Source of the DNA: Candidatus Parcubacteria bacterium
GTDB lineage: Bacteria > Patescibacteriota > Minisyncoccia > UBA6257 > HR35
Length of the DNA stretch: 64,000 bases
Assembly: GCA_026004495.1 (NCBI GenBank)
Contig: BPJG01000001.1
Location: 277,133 to 341,132 of the forward strand
Direction: 5' to 3'
The position numbers were made by a program, and so were the translations under genes. A model generated the notes under the pieces. The model saw only the letters and a program-made list of their open reading frames with translations. It searched no databases and had not been told where the DNA came from. Below are positions 1 through 6,685 of this stretch, piece after piece. How positions within the stretch are numbered: position 1 is the stretch's first letter; the number at the start of each line of letters is the position of its first letter.

Positions 1-635
1 ATTTCCTGATTTACTTTTATCTTCTGAATTTTTTTAAGTCGTCTATAACTATTAATTAAATTAATTTTTTCTTGAGTAGATAATTTTTCATCCGACACTA
101 TAAACATGTATTCGTAAACATTAATGGATTCAAAAATTTTGTACAAAAGATAAAATAATTCATCTAAAATTGGTTCTAATAGTTTTTCGGTTGCCTCTAT
201 ATACATTTTGTATTGTTTTCTTGGCTTTTCCTCGTTTATAAAATCTACTGCAAATTTAGTTAAAGCGACACTATCTATAGTTTCTCTTTTGTCAGGCGAT
301 ACTAATTCCCCTTTTGGATTATATCGATTCAGAAAACCCATTGTATCCAAATCTGGAAATATGTTCTTTTTTAATGAATTAACTGTTCCTTGTTCAATTA
401 CATTTTCTAAAACATCAACAATTTTATAATAAGTTTCACAACCTTTTTGCTTTTTACCTTTCCAGTCGCCAATATGAATTTTGAAAATAGAGGTTCCGGC
501 AATATTATTAATTGTCTTTAAAATTTCTAATACCTTATCGAAAGGCAATCTATTATGTTGCGATAAGTGTATACCTCTATAGTCTTCACGTTTTATTCTT
601 TCAAAGATATATTTTAAAAATTTATTTTGGTCCAT
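1..635 (-). CDS. Hypothetical protein, partial (N-terminal 211 aa in window). Probably the restriction endonuclease of the adjacent R-M module.
   Basis: I translated the minus strand by hand. The ATG lies at 635-633, 7 nt downstream of the methyltransferase stop at 643. The reading frame stays open to position 1 with no stop codon (MDQNKFLKYIFERIKREDYRGIHLSQ...KIKVNQE). It lies in the same orientation and is tightly linked to two methyltransferases and a controller protein. The ORF is not in the supplied track because it runs off the window. I recognise no catalytic motif, so the function is inferred from position only. Confidence 0.4.
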   Translation of the reverse strand, partial: MDQNKFLKYIFERIKREDYRGIHLSQHNRLPFDKVLEILKTINNIAGTSIFKIHIGDWKGKKQKGCETYYKIVDVLENVIEQGTVNSLKKNIFPDLDTMGFLNRYNPKGELVSPDKRETIDSVALTKFAVDFINEEKPRKQYKMYIEATEKLLEPILDELFYLLYKIFESINVYEYMFIVSDEKLSTQEKINLINSYRRLKKIQKIKVNQE

Positions 636-642
636 ATAAAAT

Positions 643-1431
643 TTATTTAGATAATTTATTCATCTCCAATAGACGCTTTTGGGCAATCTCTACATATTTT
701 CTGTTATTATCGCATCCAATAAAATTTCTATTAAGTTTTTTTGCCGCGATTGCAGTTGTTCCTATGCCGATAAAGCAATCTAATACAAGATCGCCGGGAT
801 TGCTACTTGCTTTTATAATTCTTTCAATCATATCTAGTGGCTTTGGCGTTAAGTGGGGCAATTTAGGTGTCTTTCCATTAATTTTATTTTTATGTCTTTC
901 GCTCGAAAAATGCCATACATCGGTACATAATTTACCCTTAGGATTCGGAAACCACCTTTTCCCCTTCTTAAGAATTCCTTTAATTTTAGCATGCTCTATT
1001 CTTTCTGCCGACTCATAAGGAACTCTAATTTCATCTGTATTGAATGTGTAATTATTGCTTTTCGTGAAAAATAATATTGTCTCTTGTCCATTTGTATATT
1101 TTCTTTTCGCAGCAGATAACCCATCTCTTTTATCCCAAGTTATCCAGTTCTGGAAAATTAAACTTTTTTTTATCAAGTGTTGTAATATAAAAGCCGAGTT
1201 AAAAGGAGTATTAAAAATATACAAACTTCCAGTTTTTTTAAGTTTTGGTACTAAAGAATCTATCCATTTGTAAGTAAAGTTAAGAAAATCATCATGGGAT
1301 TTAAAGGTATCCCATTTTGCTTTTTTTAAATTGTAAGGCGGATCAATTACAGCGAGATCTATTACCTCATTGTCAATCTTGCTTAAAAAATCAAAACAAT
1401 CCATTAAATAAATTTTATTTATCTTAAGCAT
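643..1431 (-). CDS. DNA methyltransferase, beta-class N6-adenine or N4-cytosine (DPPY motif)
   Basis: Motif IV VIDLAVIDPPYNL is near the N-terminus and motif I LVLDCFIGIGTTAIAA is near the C-terminus. This permuted order is typical of beta-class amino-methyltransferases (N4/N6 methylase domain). Confidence 0.85.
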   Translation of the reverse strand: MLKINKIYLMDCFDFLSKIDNEVIDLAVIDPPYNLKKAKWDTFKSHDDFLNFTYKWIDSLVPKLKKTGSLYIFNTPFNSAFILQHLIKKSLIFQNWITWDKRDGLSAAKRKYTNGQETILFFTKSNNYTFNTDEIRVPYESAERIEHAKIKGILKKGKRWFPNPKGKLCTDVWHFSSERHKNKINGKTPKLPHLTPKPLDMIERIIKASSNPGDLVLDCFIGIGTTAIAAKKLNRNFIGCDNNRKYVEIAQKRLLEMNKLSK

Positions 1432-1436
1432 ATTTA

Positions 1437-2300
1437 CTAAAATAATTGTTTTTGTTTAATCTCAGCTAATCTTAATTTTTCTTCAATAATATCTTTATAA
1501 GTTTCCATTATTTCGTAACCGACATAGTTTCGGCCTAATTCTTTAGCCACCTTTAAAGTAGTCCCAGAGCCCGCAAATGGGTCTAAAACTATATCCCCAA
1601 TAAAAGTAAATAATTTTACACATCTCCTTACAATCTCTTCTGGCATAATAGCGGAATGTTTTCCGAATGCTATATCATCTTTACCGGGAATAGGTATATT
1701 CCAAATCTGCTTGGTGTATTCTGTCCATTCTTTTTCGGTAAGTTTACTTTTTTCTCGTATTTCTTCTGGCACATTGTTATCTGGTTTTCCATCTTTCACA
1801 TATACGGTAATAAATTCACTTGTATTTTGGGCATAAAAATTTCTGGGATATGGATAACTGCCAAACATTAAATCCTTTGATGGATTAGTTCTATTCCAAA
1901 TATAGATGTCATATAAAAATAATTTTGTATTGTTCAAAATGGAATGTTCTATATCAGCGTTAATATCAAAAATATGTCTATTGTAATGAGTATTAAAATC
2001 TTTTTTAAGCATTGGCATTAAAGGAACATTAATCACTAACTTTCCATTTGGTTTTAAAACCCTTTCGCATTCTTTCCAAACTTTTAACATTTCTTTAATG
2101 TATTGTTTATAATCCTCAATATCTCCAATTTGTCCTTCTTTTTTCTCAGTGATTTTATTTACTTGATAACCATCTTTTGAGTAATCTTTTATATTAAAAT
2201 ATGGCGGTGAGGTCACTATTAAATGAATAGAATTATCCGGAATTTCAGACATATTCCTTGCATCTTTATAAAATACTTTATTTATAAAATCTTTGGTCAT
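1437..2300 (-). CDS. DNA methyltransferase, beta-class (SPPY motif, N4-cytosine-like)
   Basis: IHLIVTSPPYFNIKDY is motif IV; SPPY/SPPF is common in m4C methyltransferases. Motif I (FxGxG) appears as LDPFAGSGTTLKVA near the C-terminus. The stop lies 6 nt upstream of the next methyltransferase start. Confidence 0.85.
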   Translation of the reverse strand: MTKDFINKVFYKDARNMSEIPDNSIHLIVTSPPYFNIKDYSKDGYQVNKITEKKEGQIGDIEDYKQYIKEMLKVWKECERVLKPNGKLVINVPLMPMLKKDFNTHYNRHIFDINADIEHSILNNTKLFLYDIYIWNRTNPSKDLMFGSYPYPRNFYAQNTSEFITVYVKDGKPDNNVPEEIREKSKLTEKEWTEYTKQIWNIPIPGKDDIAFGKHSAIMPEEIVRRCVKLFTFIGDIVLDPFAGSGTTLKVAKELGRNYVGYEIMETYKDIIEEKLRLAEIKQKQLF

Positions 2301-2515
2301 ACTTTTATTAACTGGTCTAAAGAAATATCCAAAGCCTTTGCAATTTTAGCAACGACAAAAACTGAAGGTTTTTTAATAACGCCAACCTCTATCTTTGTTA
2401 ATGTTGTATAGGGGACATCAGCTTTTCGAGCTAATTCGTCCTGCGAAAGATTCTTTTTTAATCTTAATTCTTTTATTTTTTTGCCTAATAAATTATTGAC
2501 TTGTTTATTTACCAT
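2297..2515 (-). CDS. XRE-family HTH protein, probably an R-M controller (C) protein
   Basis: A 72-aa protein with a helix-turn-helix signature: LSQDELARKADVPYTTLTKIEVG. Its stop overlaps the methyltransferase start (ATGA). It sits first in the apparent operon. Confidence 0.65.
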   Translation of the reverse strand: MVNKQVNNLLGKKIKELRLKKNLSQDELARKADVPYTTLTKIEVGVIKKPSVFVVAKIAKALDISLDQLIKV

Positions 2516-2526
2516 ATTGTGATATC

Positions 2527-2555
2527 ATTAAATTGTTGACACTGCTTACTTTCAA
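2527..2555 (-). promoter_or_regulatory. Candidate sigma-70 promoter for the controller-methyltransferase operon, giving a near-leaderless transcript
   Basis: On the minus strand: TTGAAA (2555-2550), a 17-nt spacer, then TTTAAT (2532-2527). The ATG at 2515 follows about 11 nt later. A perfect palindrome TGATATCA lies at 2520-2527, between the -10 element and the ATG. Confidence 0.3.
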
Positions 2556-2589
2556 GATTATAATAACATAAAATTAAAAATCAAACAAC

Positions 2590-2815
2590 AATTTTTCGCC
2601 CGCGAAGCGGGCGTGAAGGGTGGGCAGGCTCCGAAAATTAAGCCCGCAAAAATTTAATTCATTTTTAAAGGAAAAAATTTGTCGCCCGCCCTTAAATAAA
2701 ATTAAAAAATTTTGCGGGCTTGTCCGCTAAAGGCGGACTTTCGGAGCCATGGGTGGGAATCCGCGAAGCGGATTTCTGCCCCGCCCCGCAAAGCGGGGCG
2801 GGGCAGTTCAGTCAG
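2590..2815. other. GC-rich cluster of nested hairpins of unknown function (possible structured RNA or recombination-associated element)
   Basis: Hairpins: CGCCCGC-GAA-GCGGGCG (2597-2613), ATCCGC-GAA-GCGGAT (about 2758-2772), and a 13-bp stem TGCCCCGCCCCGC-AAA-GCGGGGCGGGGCA (about 2777-2805). Long-range complementary pairs: GGCTCCGAAA (2628) with TTTCGGAGCC (2737); AAGCCCGCAAAA (2640) with TTTTGCGGGCTT (2710); plus GTCCGC-TAAAG-GCGGAC. The GCGAAGC core also recurs inside the 72-bp inverted repeats. Confidence 0.35.
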
Positions 2816-2861
2816 CGTCAGGATTTTGTTGATAGAAAGTTCTAACTTTTTCAAGTAAGTT

Positions 2862-2933
2862 CCACCATAGACGATTTGTTTCGCCCTCGCCCCTCGCTTC
2901 GCTCGGGGCTCGGGCTTCGGCGGGCAGAAAATA
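2862..2933. repeat. Left copy of a perfect 72-bp inverted repeat (IR-L)
   Basis: By manual alignment, the reverse complement of 4429-4500 is identical to 2862-2933 over all 72 positions. About 65% GC. Contains CCACCATAG, the complement of the tRNA-Glu 3' end. Confidence 0.9.
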
Positions 2934-2991
2934 TTTTCGCCGAAGGCGAAAATTCAAAGCGAAATTTTTTAAAAATTGTCGGTGTAAAAAT

Positions 2992-4551
2992 ATGATTAAA
3001 TATTTCATCTATTGTCGAAAATCAACCGAGGAAGAAGAAAGACAAATTCTGTCTATTGAGGCACAACTTCAAGAGCTTCGGGATTTTGCAAAACAAAATA
3101 ATCTTTTTGTTGTCCGCGAATTTACCGAAAAACAATCGGCCAAAGAACCGGGCCGTCCGATTTTTAATGAAATGCTTTCACGAATTGAAAAAGGAGAAAC
3201 TAATGGAATTTTAGCGTGGAATCCCGACCGCCTCGCCAGAAATTCCATTGATGGCGGACGAATTATTTATCTCGTTGATACCGGAAAAATTACCTCGCTA
3301 AAATTCCCGACTTTCTGGTTTGAGCCAACGCCACAAGGAAAATTTATGCTTTCGGTGGCTTTTGGCCAAGCCAAATATTACACCGACAATTTGAGAGAAA
3401 ACATTTTGCGAGGAATAAGACAAAAACTTCGTAGAGGAGAATTGCCGGCAAAAGCGCCACTTGGCTATTTCAATGAGCCAAGATTAAGAACAATTGAACC
3501 AGACCCAAAAACTTTTAAGAAAGTAAAACAATGTTTGGAATCTTTTGCCACTGGCGAATATACTTTAACAAAAATTCAGAGCAAAATGTTTTCTCTTGGC
3601 TTGGTTGGCAAAGACGGAAAACCTTTGCATCTTTCAACAATTCAAGGAATTTTAACCAACCCCTTTTATTATGGAATGTTTTTGTATCGTGGCGAACTAT
3701 ATCAAGGAAGCCATAAGCCAATGATTACAAAGAAACTTTTTGACAAAATACAGGAAGCACTAAAACAAAATAGTAAGCCCCGCAAAAAGCGAAAAGAAAA
3801 ACAATTTTTGTTTTTAGGTTTTGCCCGCTGTGGTGAATGTGGTTATATGATTACTGCTGAAAAACACATTAAGAAAAGCGGTTTAGAATTTGTTTATTAT
3901 CGCTGTACTAAAAAGAGCAAAACAATAAAGTGTTCACAAAATCGCTTTTTGCGGGAAGAAAAATTAGCCGAGCAAATAAAAGATTATGTTCAAAAAGTTT
4001 CTTTACCCGATGAGTGGCGAGAGAAATATCTTGCTAAAGTTAACGAGTGGGAAAAAGAAAATCTTCACTCATCAGAACTTTTCGCTCAAAATCTTAAAAC
4101 TGAATTAGAGAAAGTAAAGTCAAAAATAAATCGCCTGATGGACGCGTATCTTGAAGGCGATTTGGAATTGCCAGAATTTCAGTTAAAGAAAAACGAATTG
4201 ATGACAAAAAAGAAAGATATTGAGGAAAAATTATCTGATTTTGAGCGAAAAGGCAATCATTGGCTCGAACTCACCAGAAATTGGATAATTGAAGCCAACC
4301 AAGCCAAAAATTTCGTTTTGGAAGGTAATTTTTCAGAGATGAGAAATTTTCTACAAAAAATCGGTTCGAACCGAACAATTCGCGACAAAAAACTTACAAT
4401 AGAATTTAAAAAACCTTGGGATTACCTTTATTTTCTGCCCGCCGAAGCCCGAGCCCCGAGCGAAGCGAGGGGCGAGGGCGAAACAAATCGTCTATGGTGG
4501 CCCCAAGGGGAATCGAACCCCTATTTCCACCTTGAAAGAGTGGTGTCCTAG
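2992..4551 (+). CDS. Large serine recombinase (resolvase/integrase family)
   Basis: N-terminal resolvase catalytic motif YCRKSTEEEERQ (nucleophile Ser). A recombinase domain follows. A Cys-rich zinc ribbon: ARCGECGY...YYRCTKKSKTIKC. Coiled-coil C-terminus. Total 519 aa. The last about 40 codons are encoded by IR-R and by the antisense tRNA-Glu, so the true stop is uncertain. GC content is higher than in the flanking genes. Confidence 0.85.
   Translation: MIKYFIYCRKSTEEEERQILSIEAQLQELRDFAKQNNLFVVREFTEKQSAKEPGRPIFNEMLSRIEKGETNGILAWNPDRLARNSIDGGRIIYLVDTGKITSLKFPTFWFEPTPQGKFMLSVAFGQAKYYTDNLRENILRGIRQKLRRGELPAKAPLGYFNEPRLRTIEPDPKTFKKVKQCLESFATGEYTLTKIQSKMFSLGLVGKDGKPLHLSTIQGILTNPFYYGMFLYRGELYQGSHKPMITKKLFDKIQEALKQNSKPRKKRKEKQFLFLGFARCGECGYMITAEKHIKKSGLEFVYYRCTKKSKTIKCSQNRFLREEKLAEQIKDYVQKVSLPDEWREKYLAKVNEWEKENLHSSELFAQNLKTELEKVKSKINRLMDAYLEGDLELPEFQLKKNELMTKKKDIEEKLSDFERKGNHWLELTRNWIIEANQAKNFVLEGNFSEMRNFLQKIGSNRTIRDKKLTIEFKKPWDYLYFLPAEARAPSEARGEGETNRLWWPQGESNPYFHLERVVS
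4429..4500. repeat. Right copy of the perfect 72-bp inverted repeat (IR-R)
   Basis: Exact reverse-complement match to 2862-2933. Overlaps the last 6 nt (CCACCA) of tRNA-Glu at 4495-4500. Confidence 0.9.
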
Positions 4552-4569
4552 CCGTTAGACGATGGGGCC
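4495..4569 (-). tRNA. tRNA-Glu (anticodon UUC), CCA encoded
   Basis: Hand fold of the reverse complement: acceptor GGCCCCA/TGGGGCC; D stem GTCT/GGAC; anticodon stem CCACT/GGTGG with loop CTTTCAA; T arm AGGGG-TTCGATT-CCCCT; discriminator A followed by CCA. Confidence 0.8.
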
Positions 4570-4598
4570 TTTTTTATAACTAAAATAAATTTTTAGTG

Positions 4599-4671
4599 AG
4601 GCACGGGTGGGATTTGAACCCACGTATAACGGTTTTGCAGACCGTTTCCTAACCTCTCGGACACCGTGCCG
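4599..4671 (-). tRNA. tRNA-Cys (anticodon GCA)
   Basis: Hand fold: acceptor GGCACGG/CCGTGCC; 3-bp D stem; anticodon stem ACGGT/ACCGT with loop CTGCAAA; T arm GTGGG-TTCAAAT-CCCAC; discriminator U. No CCA encoded. Confidence 0.8.
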
Positions 4672-4708
4672 TAATTTATATAATTATATTTTAAAAATTT
4701 ATTTATTT

Positions 4709-5035
4709 TTAATTTATTACTCTAAAAATTTTATCAATTTCTTCCATAGATTTCAAACTTTGATCATATCTAAAAAAAATTTTTTTAGGAATATATCTTA
4801 AAATTCTCATTTTTTTTATTATTTTTTTTATTTTAGGAATTTCTTTTTTAAGAATTTCAATTACTTCAAAAATTTTTACGTCAGGAAATACACTTAGATA
4901 AATAATCATATTCCCCTTTTTTGACGGCAAGTTAACATCTAAAATAGTTATAATAATTTTATGATCATCAATAATTTCCCTTAGAACCAAAGACAATTTT
5001 TTAATAAATTCAGATTTTTTTCTCTCTTGTAGCAT
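4709..5035 (-). CDS. rbfA: Ribosome-binding factor A
   Basis: A 108-aa protein immediately downstream of infB, which is the conserved gene order. The KH-like RbfA pattern is present (IIITILDVNLPSKKGNMIIYLSVFP). Confidence 0.65.
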   Translation of the reverse strand: MLQERKKSEFIKKLSLVLREIIDDHKIIITILDVNLPSKKGNMIIYLSVFPDVKIFEVIEILKKEIPKIKKIIKKMRILRYIPKKIFFRYDQSLKSMEEIDKIFRVIN

Positions 5036-5047
5036 TATTTAATTTTT

Positions 5048-6493
5048 CTAAATAATTAGTTTATCTCCTAAATTAATAGATGTTGTCGTTTGAATAATTA
5101 AACCACAAAGTTCATCCTTTTTAACTTCATTAGTTTTTATTTTGTTTTTTTCAAGACTTATAATTTTACCCTTACCAATTACTATACCATCTCTAATAAT
5201 TAAAACACGATCATTTAATCTAAGCTCTCCATAAATAACTTTACCGCCAATTGTTTTTTTATTGAGTAATTGATTGAAAACCCCTAAAACCTCTAATTCT
5301 CCTCTAGATTTTTGTTCTTTTTGTTTAATATCAATTAAATCTTTAATTTTATCTTTAATCTCATAAATAACATTTGCTTGGATTAAAATTAAATTTAAAT
5401 TTTTAATTTCTTCATAAATATTTTGGGCAAGCTTTATATTAAAGGCAATTAAAATACTTTCTGTTTGTTTAGCCAATTTCAAATCTTCGCTGGTAATATT
5501 TCCAACATCTCCTTTAATTATTTTAATTTCTATTTTATTTTCTTTGGCTAAATTGTCTAAAATATTTAAAATCGCATCCAAAGAACCATAAAGGTCTGTT
5601 TTAATTATTAAATTTATTCTGGTATCTGTTTCTGAATCTGACGAAAAGTATATTTGTTTTTTAAAACTAATTTCTTTTTCAATTAATTCTTTTTTTATCT
5701 TATCTATTTCGCTCCTATTGATAATTTTAAATATTTCTCCGGGCTGAGGTAAATTTTCAAAACCATTAATAAAAACAGGCATCGAAGGTTTAGCTACGTT
5801 TATTCTTCTAAAGAAAACATCTTCTAAAAATTTAATTTTCCCAGATATAGTAGCTGTCGTAATATAATCCCCCGATTTAACAATTCCATCAGTTATTATT
5901 CCTAAGGATAAAATTCCTTTCTTAGAATCTTTGGTAACCTCTAAAATGTAACCTTCTCCCATTTTATTGTCATCATAATTTAAATTCAAGATATCTCCTA
6001 ATAATAAAATCAAATCCAAAAGTTCATCTATTCCCAAATTTTTAATAGCTGAAATATTAACACAAGGCACTTGTCCTCCCCATTCTTCAACGATAATCCC
6101 TAGTTCAGAAAGTTGTTTTTTTATTTTATCTGGGTTGGCATTTGGTTTATCTATTTTATTTATAGCTACTATAAAGGGTAAATTAAATTTTTTAATATAA
6201 TCTATACATTCTATAGTCTGTGGTTTAATTCCTTCATCAGCAGCGATTATTAAAATAGCTATATCAGCTATTTTTGCTCCTTTTTCCCTTAAACTAAAAA
6301 AATCAGAATGCCCTGGAGTATCAATAAATGTTATTCTTCCATTTTTATACATTATTTCATAAGCAGATACCCTTTGAGTTATTCCGCCTGATTCTTGTTG
6401 GGTTATCTTAGTATTCTGAATTGTATCTAATAATGTAGTTTTCCCATGGTCAATATGACCCAGAATAACTACAATAGGTGGTCTTTTTGTCAT
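5048..6493 (-). CDS. infB: Translation initiation factor IF-2 (short form)
   Basis: G domain: ILGHIDHGKTTLLD, DTPGH, NKID. C-terminal beta-barrel domains follow. Total 481 aa, lacking the long N-terminal extension. Confidence 0.9.
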   Translation of the reverse strand: MTKRPPIVVILGHIDHGKTTLLDTIQNTKITQQESGGITQRVSAYEIMYKNGRITFIDTPGHSDFFSLREKGAKIADIAILIIAADEGIKPQTIECIDYIKKFNLPFIVAINKIDKPNANPDKIKKQLSELGIIVEEWGGQVPCVNISAIKNLGIDELLDLILLLGDILNLNYDDNKMGEGYILEVTKDSKKGILSLGIITDGIVKSGDYITTATISGKIKFLEDVFFRRINVAKPSMPVFINGFENLPQPGEIFKIINRSEIDKIKKELIEKEISFKKQIYFSSDSETDTRINLIIKTDLYGSLDAILNILDNLAKENKIEIKIIKGDVGNITSEDLKLAKQTESILIAFNIKLAQNIYEEIKNLNLILIQANVIYEIKDKIKDLIDIKQKEQKSRGELEVLGVFNQLLNKKTIGGKVIYGELRLNDRVLIIRDGIVIGKGKIISLEKNKIKTNEVKKDELCGLIIQTTTSINLGDKLII

Positions 6494-6503
6494 AGTTTAA
6501 AAA

Positions 6504-6586
6504 TGGGCAGGGAGGGATTCGAACCCTCACGCCTTGTCAGCACTGGGTTCTAAACCCAGCGCGTCTACCAATTCCGCCACCTGCCC
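6504..6586 (-). tRNA. tRNA-Leu (anticodon UAG), class II with long variable arm
   Basis: Hand fold: acceptor GGGCAGG/CCTGCCC; anticodon stem CTGGG/CCCAG with loop TTTAGAA; long variable arm; T arm GAGGG-TTCGAAT-CCCTC; discriminator A. Confidence 0.8.
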
Positions 6587-6646
6587 TTAATTAATTTTTA
6601 AAAAATCTATTTATTAAATTTGAGCTAAAATTAAAATCAATTTTAA

Positions 6647-6675
6647 ATTATAATTGAAATTATAATACTTGTCTA
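6647..6675 (-). promoter_or_regulatory. Candidate promoter upstream of tRNA-Leu / infB operon
   Basis: On the minus strand: TAGACA (6675-6670), a 17-nt spacer, then TATAAT (6652-6647). In AT-rich DNA this could arise by chance. Confidence 0.25.
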
Positions 6676-6685
6676 TATTAAAAAC

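Noticed and set aside
208-1273. Plus-strand track ORFs 208-429, 512-1018 and 1055-1273
   Set aside because: They lie antisense to the open endonuclease-candidate frame and to the DPPY methyltransferase. They are low-complexity with no motifs. Antisense chance ORFs are common in AT-rich DNA.
2560-2940. Possible CRISPR array or RNase P / SRP / tmRNA gene in the GC-rich hairpin block
   Set aside because: There is no regular repeat-spacer periodicity. The conserved RNase P CR-I order (GGAAAGTCC then GGGCTCC) is absent, since the motifs appear in the wrong order and strand. There is no tmRNA acceptor or TCCACCA end, and no SRP AGGUCCGGAAGGAAGCAGC motif.
2808-3008. Minus-strand 66-aa ORF overlapping IR-L
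   Set aside because: Its sequence (FLPAEARAPSEARGEGETNRLWW) is just the inverted-repeat copy of the recombinase C-terminal read-through. It is an artefact of the 72-bp repeat, not an independent gene.
4607-4801. Plus-strand ORF 4607-4801
   Set aside because: It overlaps tRNA-Cys and the rbfA 3' region on the opposite strand.
6591-6685. Near-repeats AAATTATAATTGAAATTATAATA in the infB upstream spacer
   Set aside because: These are short AT-only repeats of the kind expected by chance at this composition. They were used only as context for a weak promoter call.
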